Source: Psammoneis japonica
Lineage: Eukaryota
Length of the DNA: 64,000 bases
Direction of reading: 5' to 3'
Assembly (NCBI GenBank): GCA_008632985.1
Contig: QPGO01000016.1
Span: forward strand, 1-64,000
Shown: positions 1-10,337 of the stretch, one piece after another
Numbering within the stretch: the first letter of the stretch is position 1
How the letters are laid out: every line of letters begins with the position of its first letter
Position numbers and translations under genes: made by a program
Notes under the pieces: generated by a model
Seen by the model: the letters and a program-made list of their open reading frames with translations, nothing else
What the model was told of the DNA's origin: nothing
Database searches by the model: none

Positions 1-1
1 C

Positions 2-793
2 AGCAAATCCAAACCCCAACGCCAAGTTCAACAGAGACAGAGAGAGCAGACAGCATCAATCGAGGCTGCAAAACGGAAAGCTTCGGAACAGCGCGACGAA
101 ATGTTCAAAGTCTGGCATCAACAACAACAAGGGAAAACAATTGGTGAGAGCTTTTCTTTTCAGGATTTTTTGCAATTGAAAGAGATGATTGAGAAACCAC
201 ATGTCGCCATGATTGATGGCTTCGAAGCAGAGGTGAACAGCAGTGGTGCAAACGCCATCAGTGTCGCAATGCGCACAACAATGTCGAACGTGCTCACCGG
301 TTTCAAGCGAAAGGATGCGGTTGCCGGCGCAGCGGGTGCTTCCAAACAACCGCCCAAAAAGAAGAGACGTGGAGCCGTTGTCAAGACAGCACGAGGTGAG
401 AATGCAATTGTTGCTGTGCGCCGTACCAAGACAAGGATGATCGAGGTGGGCGAGGCAGAGCAAATGAAACTGAAGGCTGACATCGCCAAGCAATCGAAAG
501 CGCTCGACAAGTTTGATGCACTTCGCTCCAGTGCGCCTCAGTACGGTGAGTGCGAGACGTTGAAGGGAGATGAGCTGAAGATCTTGATTCGGCTGGTTTG
601 TCCAAACGCCGGTTTGTTAGGGAAGAGCATTGAAGTAAAGAAGAAGGAGCTTAAAGAGCGGAAAATTACAAAAGAACATCTCGACTCTATTTACGTTCAG
701 AAAAGGCGCGATCTCGATGACCTCAAATCAAAGCTTCAGAACTCTTCGGCTGATAGTGATTCTGACGACGAAGACCAAGAAGAATTGCTTTAA
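2..793 (+). CDS. 5'-truncated ORF, Lys-rich coiled-coil with acidic tail; probably the C-terminal part of a DNA transposon protein
   Basis: Frame is open from the window start to TAA at 791-793. Has an NLS-like PPKKKRR and a DSDSDDEDQEE tail, and is followed by a terminal-repeat-like palindrome at 954-987. No TpA in 1-423. Confidence 0.45.
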   Translation, partial: SKSKPQRQVQQRQREQTASIEAAKRKASEQRDEMFKVWHQQQQGKTIGESFSFQDFLQLKEMIEKPHVAMIDGFEAEVNSSGANAISVAMRTTMSNVLTGFKRKDAVAGAAGASKQPPKKKRRGAVVKTARGENAIVAVRRTKTRMIEVGEAEQMKLKADIAKQSKALDKFDALRSSAPQYGECETLKGDELKILIRLVCPNAGLLGKSIEVKKKELKERKITKEHLDSIYVQKRRDLDDLKSKLQNSSADSDSDDEDQEELL

Positions 794-953
794 ATGTATA
801 ATCGTCTACATCATCTAGACACTTTGTATGAATTTTCATGAACGGTTGTGATGAGAACCAAATTTCGTTAACTTTTTGTGAGGAGAAATGTGTCAAGTGA
901 TTTTTGATAAACGACCTCGCAACGAAAGAATGTTGCACTTATGGAAGAGACGT

Positions 954-987
954 CCGTTACGTAACGGCTATTTTCTTATCGTAACGG
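954..987. repeat. 14-bp perfect palindrome CCGTTACGTAACGG plus a repeated half-site (CGTAACGG); possible transposon terminus
   Basis: Palindrome at 954-967, second CGTAACGG at 980-987. Confidence 0.5.
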
Positions 988-1338
988 TTGATTGTGCGGT
1001 GCCAGCTGTCTGCTCAACCCACTTGTACCAAGCCACGTAGAAAAATCGCGTAGCGGAAATCCAGTGGATGATAATTCTGTAGAAAGCTACGATGCCTGGT
1101 ATGATAAAAGGAGAATTGGGTCGAGTGATCATCAATCTATTTTATACCAGAGCCTACGTGATTCTACGCCTGACGTCATAATCACTTCAGAGATGGGAAT
1201 CCCCTAGCAGTTCAAGTTGGATTCTTCTGCTTTCTTTTGTCCGAAAACCACCCGTCTGTGCGCAGTGCGCTTTCGCACCCTGACGTCATCCTCATTTTTC
1301 TTGCTCACTTTTTTGGTTGGCGCTCCGTCCATTTCACC

Positions 1339-2142
1339 ATGAGACGCCTTCTCACGTTTCTTGTTGTGCTGACTGTGACACGCGTTGTTCACTCCTTTTG
1401 TCCGAATAACAATGGAGACCCACGAATTGCTTTCACAAAGTCGCGGCTTGAAGCTATTCCGGATGGAACCACCGCTGCCCCAATCGTTTCCGAGGCTTTG
1501 GAAGCCTCGCGGACGTCCTTTTTCATTTGGTTTTTTGGTGCTTCCGGTGCTGCTGGCATTGCCAGAAGCGCCTTTCCTCGCATGTACAAAAGTGTGGTGG
1601 AGATTCAAGAGCTGAAAGATGTCGGACCGACTCTGGGAGGAGAGACGCTTGGATTGAGTCCGATCTGTGGCTATCCGCAAGATTTGTGTCGAGCCGATGT
1701 GGAACAGGTGGCCAACAACCGCATGACAGTGTCACAAATTGTGGCCAAATACCCAGTCGAGGGAAACTTTTTATCGAGCAAAGGCTACCTCACGTTCCCG
1801 GCGTTTGCCCAAGCCAACGAAAAGGCCAATCCGCTCGCTGTGCGTGCCGTTTTTGATTCCTTTGCACAAAGCACCGACGCGGTCAACCCTGATGTAGCAC
1901 AAGACAAGCTTGATTCTTACAAGGAAAATGTGGAGAGTCTAAAACCGATACTTGTAAAGTCCAAGTTGGTTGGTATTGCGGCTATTGTAACGCTGTTGTT
2001 TCTGTTGGGATTGGCAGACATTGTGGCCTTTGGTCACGCATATGACGGTTGGTTTCCCGAGTGGCCGGGTGGTCGCAATTTTCCAGCTTGCATGATTGAT
2101 CCAGAGACTGGTCCATGGACAATACCAAAATATTGGATCTAA
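1339..2142 (+). CDS. Plastid-targeted membrane protein of unknown function
   Basis: Signal peptide MRRLLTFLVVLTVTRVVHS followed by F (ASAF-like cleavage). Two hydrophobic segments; intact ORF. Confidence 0.75.
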   Translation: MRRLLTFLVVLTVTRVVHSFCPNNNGDPRIAFTKSRLEAIPDGTTAAPIVSEALEASRTSFFIWFFGASGAAGIARSAFPRMYKSVVEIQELKDVGPTLGGETLGLSPICGYPQDLCRADVEQVANNRMTVSQIVAKYPVEGNFLSSKGYLTFPAFAQANEKANPLAVRAVFDSFAQSTDAVNPDVAQDKLDSYKENVESLKPILVKSKLVGIAAIVTLLFLLGLADIVAFGHAYDGWFPEWPGGRNFPACMIDPETGPWTIPKYWI

Positions 2143-2202
2143 ATGAAGTAAATTTATAAACTGCTAGTCGCATTTAGCGTCGTCGACCGCAGTCCGAGTG
2201 TG

Positions 2203-3405
2203 TCAAATCATCATGGAGGCAACGGTGAACCCCGTCCCGCCTACAATCAACGCACCCGCTCCACCCACCGCAAATGGACGCCATCCGACACCCTTGAGAG
2301 ATGATGCCGATGTTGATAGACCAACACCCGCCATGGCTGTTCCCAATGCATACTTGGACAAGTCGTTTCCGATGAAATTCATTGCATCATGATACGTAGC
2401 AGCATCCGATCCCAAAAAGTAATAGTCGCCGCATGATCGAAAGGTGGACATTCCCACAAAGGCCACCAAAAAGGTTGGAACGTATTTTTGAAAAGTAGCA
2501 AGTCCTGATATCGTCTCTTGGCTCTTTGACGACTCGTCAGCGTTCTTATCCACACTGACTCCTTTTCGATGGACATACGTGAGAGCCGGTATCGCAAAGG
2601 CGAGTCCCAGATTACGAGTCAGTTTTGTGACTGCCGCCACCTTTAAGGCTACTTCATCATCAAAGGTTTCATAATACGACATTGCCGAGCCCAGCACTTG
2701 CGATGTGTCGTGAATGGCCACTCCCAAGCACATGCCGACTTGTTCGGAAGCTCCTCCACACAATTCGTGAAACAAGTACGGATACAACAACATGCCAAAC
2801 GTTCCAAACGCAACCGTATTGGCAACCGCAACCGCTGTGTCTCGAGGAGACGCCTTTATAGCTGGTGTCAAGGCTGTAATGGCCGTGACACCACAAATGG
2901 ATGTCCCTGCCGTCAGCAAGAGGCTCATTTCTCTGGGAAGACCGGCATACTTTCCCAACGCTGGAATGACAACTAGACCCGCACCAACACTGGCCAGCAC
3001 TACGGGAATACCATTTGATCCTGTTGTAAGCAGTTCCACAAAACTGAGCTTGGCAGCGACAGCGACGATCCCTCCTTGTAATATCGATTTTGTCGAAAAC
3101 GTAATGCCCTTTTGGAAACTGTCCGGGTATCCTGTGCTGTTTCGAATCGTCATGCCGAGGAGAATAGAGAGCGGAATACCAGAAACGGGAACACCGAGTG
3201 AAGCACTCAATATAGATGCTGCTTGAAAGCCTGCTAGAGACGTTGTAGCCGAAAGTGCAACCCCAGGAAGAATCGAGGCGCTCTTGGCTTGCTCATTTTT
3301 TGTTGAGAAGAAACAAACATCCGGCAGAGCAGTTGAGGTGCAAACTGAATGCAATCTTTTCCTCCAGATAAATGATAGGCACGGTTGATGCGTCAGTAAT
3401 CTCAT
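2203..3405 (-). CDS. YeiH/UPF0324 putative sulfate exporter family membrane protein
   Basis: Motifs LLTAGTSICGVTAITA, GVAIHDTSQV, VTKLTRN and TAMAGVGL; about 10 TM segments; N-terminal extension. Confidence 0.88.
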   Translation of the reverse strand: MRLLTHQPCLSFIWRKRLHSVCTSTALPDVCFFSTKNEQAKSASILPGVALSATTSLAGFQAASILSASLGVPVSGIPLSILLGMTIRNSTGYPDSFQKGITFSTKSILQGGIVAVAAKLSFVELLTTGSNGIPVVLASVGAGLVVIPALGKYAGLPREMSLLLTAGTSICGVTAITALTPAIKASPRDTAVAVANTVAFGTFGMLLYPYLFHELCGGASEQVGMCLGVAIHDTSQVLGSAMSYYETFDDEVALKVAAVTKLTRNLGLAFAIPALTYVHRKGVSVDKNADESSKSQETISGLATFQKYVPTFLVAFVGMSTFRSCGDYYFLGSDAATYHDAMNFIGNDLSKYALGTAMAGVGLSTSASSLKGVGWRPFAVGGAGALIVGGTGFTVASMMI

Positions 3406-3920
3406 AATGATGATGATTGATGAAAGCAAATCACGAAATGCACCCGTTTACCCCGCCCATCATGCCCAGTGATAATGTTCGGGGATTCTCGATGAGTCAG
3501 TCCAGTCGCGTGAGTCGATTTCAGCATGGCTGCATAACATACCGTAGATTAAAAATTTGTATAATTTCAATGAAGAATGATTTACTATCAGAAAGGTGAA
3601 CGATTCACATGAAATGTAACTAATGGCAGAGTCGTGAAACAGCTACTATGTTAAATGACAAAGAAAGCTTCTCTTTATAATCTCCTAGACATATTAGACG
3701 TACTTACGGAATACAAACTGCAATATATGTAGAATAATAAATGTCGGAGTTGCACAGAATCGCTGATCGCCGGTAACGAGCGGTTACTTCGCCAGAAAGC
3801 ATCCGTCGCCAAGTAGTCGTATTTCGTATTTCTCGTCACAAAACATGAGACGAAACTAACCACACAAAATCTCAATCAGACCCATCATAACAGGCCATCG
3901 AGAACAAGATTTTTAAAAGT

Positions 3921-4661
3921 ATGATTTCTTTCTTACGCTGGATGATTCCCGTTGCGGTGCTAGGCATGTTGCACTCGCATTTGCCTGGATCGGTGGTTAC
4001 TGCGACCAGTCATGGCAATCGGTATGTACCTGCCAATTACAGCTCACTGCTCTGCCATCTTCCATCACAAATTTTGACTGACTTGCGTTTCGTCCCTTAC
4101 TTAATCAATCTTGTTCATTGTTTAGTCGAATGAGAAACTTGAGTGCTGTCAACATGGATCGTGAGTTGTCCTCTAGAGCTCCTAATCGCGAGTTGTCCTC
4201 TATGGGGGCTCCTTATCGTGAGTTGTCTTCTCGAGCTCCTTATCGCGAGTTGTCCTCTAGGGCTCCTAATCGCAAGTTGTCCTCTAGGGCTCCTAATCGC
4301 GAGTTGGAATCTTCGAGAGCACCTGGACGGTAAGTGCTCTTCGTGTTCAAATTACAGCGCAATGTTCTGTATACTCGTACTTTCACAACACATTGTTTCT
4401 GACTTGAATTCGGCCGTCAATCAATTTTGTTCATGTTTTAGTCGTAAGAGAAACTTGGCTGAGGTCAACAAGGGTCGCGAGTTGTATGCTTCGTCCAGGG
4501 CGCCCCGGCGGTGAGTTACAAATTCGAAACACAGCGTGAGCCCGCTGTTTTGTCTTGTTGTCCTATCACATTATAAACTCACACGGTCATAATATCATCT
4601 CTATTTTAATCAATACAGCCGGATGAGGAGGAGGAGGAATTTGAACGCCATCAATCATTAG
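3921..4661 (+). CDS. Secreted RXL-motif polyprotein (about 139 aa) with SSRAP[N/Y] peptide repeats; 4 exons
   Basis: Exons 3921-4021, 4126-4329, 4442-4510 and 4619-4661, all introns GT-AG phase 2. Spliced product: signal peptide, then RNL, REL/RKL x6, RNL, REL, RNL; ends NAINH*. Confidence 0.8.
4160..4324 (+). repeat. Coding tandem repeat, 27-30 bp unit x6 (RELSSRAPN)
   Basis: cgYgagttgtcctctagRgctcctWat units are directly visible. Confidence 0.95.
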
Positions 4662-4968
4662 AGTTTCCGCGTCACTACGAGTTGAGTTGTTCTCATACAA
4701 AGAGTACAACGCAAGACTAGAACGATACATCGACCGCACTGTCCTCACTTTGAAAGCGGGAAACAGTGCATGAGATTAGCAGTAGAACATTATTCGTAAC
4801 GATTTTAGAAAAAGACATTAACATCTGAAGAAACAATCAACACTAACGTGTTTGATGCCGTTCAAAATGATTGTCTCCCGTGTTGGTTTTTGTCTCTTAC
4901 TGTATGCAGTCACAGGCTTATAGACTGGACTTGTTGTCGGTCGTAATGTCATCTCAATGTCAATGCAG

Positions 4969-5023
4969 CCGGAGGAGGAGGAATGGGGAGAGGAGGAGGA
5001 GCTTGAATGCCATCAATCACTAG
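4969..5023 (+). pseudogene. Duplicated terminal exon of the RXL gene (RRRRNGERRRSLNAINH*); alternative or relic exon
   Basis: Homologous to 4619-4661, including the upstream intron end and 3' UTR, with an AG acceptor at 4967-4968. Confidence 0.7.
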
Positions 5024-5082
5024 AGCTCCCATGTCACAACGAAGAGAGTTGTTCTCACACACAAAGATCGTTGCCCCAGATA

Positions 5083-7709
5083 CTCTCTCCCAGCCGGGAG
5101 TGTCTCGTGCATTGGCGCCATTTGTTGCCACGCCATTCTGTGCTGTCTTGTGGATGCACCTCCCACCTTTCTTTGTTGTTTTGACTGCAGCCAGGCCTGT
5201 CTTGCCACACCTCGCAAATGGTGCCTTTTCATGAGGATCACATCCTCAGAGTTGTGGTCTGAGTTGCCATCAAGCTCACCGTGTGCACCAAAACTGGCAT
5301 GGCTTTTCCTCTCTGGTCCATCTGCTGCTCTTTTCCTCCTTGTTGGCCACATTGGGTCCTCTTTCACTTTCTTGTGGCTCATGGTTGTTGTGCTCCTCTC
5401 AGCATGTCCAATTTTTCTCCTTGGTTGTGTGCGGCACTCAGCTTCACATGTGGCCATCATTGTGTGCACCACGTTCTTGCACCGTCGGGAGTTGCCAGCT
5501 CTGTCTGACCAATGCTGGCCTCATTCACATGTGTTCACACCTGAAAGGTTCAGTGTCAAAGTGAAATTTTGCAACATGCTTTGGAGTTTTGCTGATTTTT
5601 CTGTGAATGCATGCCATCGCGACAACGAGTGCGTGGGGGAGATTCAAACTTGGATTTTGTTGTCATCATCAAGCAAAATGTGAGCACAGAAGTTGGGTGG
5701 GGCTGTGTTTGCAGAACTGATGTGACATTGGCCCTGCCTTGCATTCACTTCCCAAGCAACTTCACATGCTGGTCTGGCAGGATGGGAAACACCACGGAGC
5801 TGCAGAGGCACCCCCAAAGAGATGCCACAATGTGACAAAAATTGAAAACTCTCCACTCCCAACCCCATCTGTGCACAGTGAAATGGGAGCCAATTGCTTG
5901 GCACTGGTGATTCCAAGCATGGTCCTGCATCCCAATTGCTTCACCTGCTGGCAACCATTTTCATCATGGCAACATCACGAGTCTGTGTGTGGTTGTGGAC
6001 ATTGCATGTGCACCAGGCCATCTCCATGTGTTGCATCAACAGACTGGAGATTCTTCCACTGTGCCATGTGGTCATTGGAGTGCAGACAGCCAAGGCAGTG
6101 GCAGGACATTTGTTGGATGATTTGTGCAATGTGCAACTTGAACAACAGATCTCTGTTGGCTCTTGTGCAGTCACAGGCTTCCACAAATTTGACAGGGCCA
6201 GCCTCAAACACAATTGCCACTAAAAATGGTTTTCTCCTGCTTTGGCAGCTGGCACATTTGTGGTGGTGGCAGTCCCATGCTTCCAAATGTTGAAGATTTG
6301 ACTGGGCCACCCTCAGCAATCTTCCTTTCACCATGCATGGCTTCCACTGTGTGGCATGTTCCATGTGTCACATTCATCAAGAAGCACATTGGCGCCAATT
6401 TCTCATTCTTTTGCAGCACTTTTGATGGCTTTGGGTGCCATTTTGAGGCTCCTGCCATGCACAAGGCAGTGGCTTTTCAACTCACATTGTCGTGATCCTT
6501 GCCATGCCATCTGTGAACAACAAAGAAAACAATGATCAAACAAGCCACATTTCTTTGTCCCCACAAGGTTGACAATGCAACCTTGACCACCTGCTCAAGA
6601 ACACTGCCAACAAGGACCCCAACATGAGCTTTTTTGGACAAAGCTCCTCCTCCCAACAGAGTGCACACAGTTGGAAATCATCAACACAGAACACAGCAGT
6701 CAAGGTGCTTCAAGCAAAGTTTTTTGTTCCACAGCACTGGCTGCAATGGACAGAATGCCTCCTCTCATCATGCCAAGTTGCAGCCTGGTTGCAGCCACTC
6801 AAAAAGCAAACATTCTTTCTGGCGCTCTTTGTGGTGGCACTCTTTGTGCAGTTTTGAAGGGCACCAAATGTTGACAGAAGGTGGTGCTCATGTGTTGCCT
6901 TCAGCCAATGCAATCCAGGAAACCAAGAACTCCAGTTGAAGTTTTTTCCATGGCATGAGCTGCATTGGACAGAATGCTGCTTCTCACAGCACCAAATTGC
7001 AACCTGGCCACTGCTGTCAAAAAGGGAACACGACATGCCAAATGTCAACAGAAGACAGTTCCTGCCCTTTGTGATGACAATCTGGCAGCTCTCAATCTTT
7101 TGCTTTTTCCACATTGTCTGGCCACTCCATGCAGTTTGGATCTGAGGCTTGTGCGCATCTGATGCGACATTTTCTTGCACCCCATGTGCACCTGACAACA
7201 CAGCTTTGAAACTCAAGAGGGGACATTTTTCTCCAAACACAAACATTTGCTGCACACACCAGAGAACCTGCCAAATTGCATGGCTCAGGAACCCCGCCAC
7301 CCCAGGCTGGCTCTGGCACATGCTGTCCTTGCCCTGTCCACTTCAAGAAAAGAGAGATGTCAGTCAGAAAGCTCTGCCAGGCCACCAGGAAGAGAGAGAC
7401 AGTGGCTCTGTGCTTGCACGTCAGCTCAGAAAACCAAAATCTCCAACCAGAGTTTGTTTGACAACTGGCAAAATCATGTTGAGAATGGCATGGCCAGTGC
7501 TGCAGCTGCTGGTGCCAAGCGCTCGGACCAACCCTCTCAAAGCAGCGGCACAAGCTGCACCCCATGCTCCTGGTGCATGGCCGGCCACAGACCAAAGAGA
7601 AGGGGCACCACCACTCTCTCAGGTGTGGTCACTGTGAGAGGCATCTCATGATGATTCAGAGCAAAGCACGTCATGACAGTGCAGGCTGTTCATGAGCCAT
7701 TGCGGCGAT
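5083..7709. mobile_element. TpA/CpG-depleted island 1; decayed element, possibly PIF/Harbinger-like on the minus strand
   Basis: One TpA (6221) and about 30 CpG in about 2.6 kb. Minus-strand remnants WPDNVEKAK (about 7100-7125) and GVLGFLDCIG (about 6905-6935) resemble the DDE_Tnp_4 first-Asp region. The composition is certain; the family call is weak. Confidence 0.55.
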
Positions 7710-7841
7710 TAACGGTTGACGGTTTGTGCCTTTCGCCCTTGCTGCCGCTCTTGTTTAGCCCACTCGAGTCGCTCGAACAACACCGAATGATCGGGTTCCA
7801 CGCGCGATCACCAATTTCTTTTTCTGCATTTCACTATCGAA

Positions 7842-7870
7842 AGTACAGTTTTGGATGACAAAACTGCACT
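7842..7870. repeat. Hairpin, 12-bp stem and 5-nt loop, at the right edge of island 1
   Basis: AGTACAGTTTTG-GATGA-CAAAACTGCACT; the single stem mismatch is TA versus CA. Confidence 0.75.
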
Positions 7871-8101
7871 GTTAATCGCCGAAGTGATCGTGAAAACGTT
7901 TGACTGTCTTCTCTACAGAACTTGTCAAATGTCGTACTGTATATTAGATATTATGATCTACATAGTATATTTATTAAGAATCATATTTTTCATGTAATAT
8001 GGTATTGAATACTAATTAGTCATTTCTTTCCTGTATGTATCTATATATACAATATTAAATTCTGGACATTCCTCAGGTACAGAGAATGACTCCGCTTTTT
8101 T

Positions 8102-8164
8102 TTTGGCGGTCGCCTCGCCACAAAATGCCCGTCGCCAAAAACGCAAAAAACCTCGGCCGCCAAA
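8102..8164. promoter_or_regulatory. Inverted pair of E2F-consensus-like sites (TTTGGCGG) upstream of the second RXL gene
   Basis: TTTGGCGG at 8102-8109 and CCGCCAAA at 8157-8164, about 65-130 bp before ATG 8230. Confidence 0.3.
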
Positions 8165-8229
8165 CTTCGTCGCCTCACAATTTTGCAAAGCACGGGGCAA
8201 CAACAACACACAGCACTCGAACTTTTACC

Positions 8230-10337
8230 ATGTTTTTGTTACGCTGGATTGCTCCCATTGTGGTGCTAGTCTTGATGCGTCCTGGAACGATGGTTGCTGC
8301 GGCGGGCGGCAAGATCAAGGGAGCGAAACCGGACGACGTCAACAAGAATCATCGTCAATTGACGGATGGTTTGATCGACAAAATACTTTGCCATTTTGGA
8401 CATTCAACGTGCAAGACGAAGAAATCCAAGAGATCCAAGAAGAAGAAGAAGTCCAAGAAGAAGAAGAAGAAGAGCAAAGGCAAGTACGGGGAAGAAGAAA
8501 TGTACGACTCTCTTCCCGATGCCCCTCCAATGTCGGGCGAGGAGCTTGTGGCCTTCATGCACGAATTGATGGGCAGCCTTGGTGCTGAACACGAAGGCCT
8601 CTCCCCTGGTGCCAGCGAACCTCCTCCAACGCAAGACGAGATTACGGCCATGATGGAAGAATTGATGGCCAACATTAGTGCTGAACTCGAAAGCTTCGAA
8701 CCTCCATCGTCGGGCGAAGAGCTTATGGCCATGTTGAGCGAATTGTTGTCTGGTATTCCTGAGGATGTTAGTCTTCCCGATGATCTTCCGGATGATCTTC
8801 CCGATGATCTTTCGACTCGTCCACCTTCGACCCGAGCTCCATCGAGCAGAGCTCCATCGAGCAGAGCTCCGTCTCCCGAAGGTCGACGGTGAGTAGTTGT
8901 GTTTTCTCACAATATCTATATCTACAATGCAACGTGACGCGTTCTTTTTGTTGTTTCTCGACGTGCGACTCTCACGCATCGGTGGTTTTCATTTTTTTAT
9001 TATTTTGTACAGCCGCATGAGGAAGAGAAAGTTGGCTCTTCCCAATTCCCCTCCCATGTCGGGCGAGGAGCTGCTCAGACGCATGAGAAAGAGGAAGTTG
9101 TCCGATTCTTATCCAACGTCGGGCGATGAGCTTATGGCCTTGATGAACGAATTGATGGGCAGCCTTGGTACTGAACTCGAAAGCCTCTCCCCTGGTGGTG
9201 CCCCCTTGGATGACATTGAAGCTGCTGTTCCTGCAATGTCGCCCGAGGAGATTACGGCCATGTTGGAAGAAATGATGGCCAGCATTGAAGCTGTTCCGGA
9301 AATGTCGCCCGAGGAGATGACGGCCATGGTGCACGAATTGATGGCCAGCATTGGTGCTGAAGTCGAAGGTTTCGAACCTCCAACGTCAGGCGAGGAGCTT
9401 ATGGCCATGTTGAGTGGATTGTTGTCTGGTACTCCGAGGAACCTAGTCTTCCCGATGATCTTCCCGATTCTTCGACTCGTCCGCCTTCCTCCAGAGCTCC
9501 GACGCCCGACGGTCAACGGTGAGTAGTTGTTGTGTTTTCTCACAATATCTACAATGCAATGCGACGTGTTCTTTTTGTTGTTTCTCGACGTGCGACTCTC
9601 ACGCATCGGTGGTTTTCACTTTTTTTATTATTTTGTACAGCCGCATGAGGAAGAGAAAGTTGGCTCTTCCCAATTCCCCTCCCATGTCGGGCGAGGAGCT
9701 GCTCAGACGCATGAGAAAGAGGAAGTTGTCCGATTCTTATCCAACGTCGGGCGATGAGCTTATGGCCTTGATGAACGAATTGATGGGCAGCCTTGGTACT
9801 GAACTCGAAGGCCTCTCCCCTGGTGGTGCCCCCTTGGATGACATTGAAGCTGCTGTTCCTGCAATGTCGCCCGAGGAGATTACGGCCATGTTGGAAGAAA
9901 TGATGGCCAGCATTGAAGCTGTTCCGGAAATGTCGCCCGAGGAGATGACGGCCATGGTGCACGAATTGATGGCCAGCATTGGTGCTGAAGTCGAAGGTTT
10001 CGAACCTCCAACGTCAGGCGAGGAGCTTATGGCCATGTTGAGTGGATTGTTGTCTGGTACTCCCGAGGAAGCTAGTCTTCCCGATGATCTTCCCGACGAC
10101 GATGATGATGCTATTTCGACTCGTCCGCCTTCCTCCCGAGCTCCATCTTCCAGAGCTCCGACGCCCGACGGTCAACGGTGAGTAGTTGTTGTGTTTTCTC
10201 ACAATATCTACAATGCAATGCGACGTGTTCTTTTTGTTCTTTGTCGACTTGGAACTCTCACGCATTGGTGGTTTTCAATTATTATTTGTACACACAGCCG
10301 CATGAGGAAGAGGAACTTGGATGCCATTCAAAACTAG
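8230..10337 (+). CDS. Secreted RXL protein with a poly-Lys/Ser cluster and three Met/Glu-rich acidic modules (silaffin-like biosilica protein candidate); 4 exons
   Basis: Exons 8230-8888, 9013-9518 (1-bp deletion near 9434), 9641-10177 and 10298-10337, all phase-2 GT-AG introns. Signal peptide, RQL, KTKKSKRSKKKKKSKKKKKKSKGK, RRMRKRKL sites and SSRAP repeats. Confidence 0.78.
8889..10297 (+). repeat. Tandem intron+exon duplication, about 630-660 bp unit
   Basis: 9013-9430 is nearly identical to 9641-10058, and the three introns are homologous. Confidence 0.95.

Noticed and set aside
4160..4324. CRISPR-like 27-bp repeats
   Set aside because: No spacers; an in-frame coding repeat within a spliced exon.
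5007..7651. Dense overlapping six-frame Cys/His-rich ORFs (also 25002-26162 and 32326-37486)
   Set aside because: Artefact of TpA loss, which removes TAA/TAG stops on both strands; no coherent protein.
8897..9640. Separate genes with hydrophobic N-termini (ORFs 8897 and 9519)
   Set aside because: Those N-termini are translated introns with clear GTGAGT donors and CAG acceptors.
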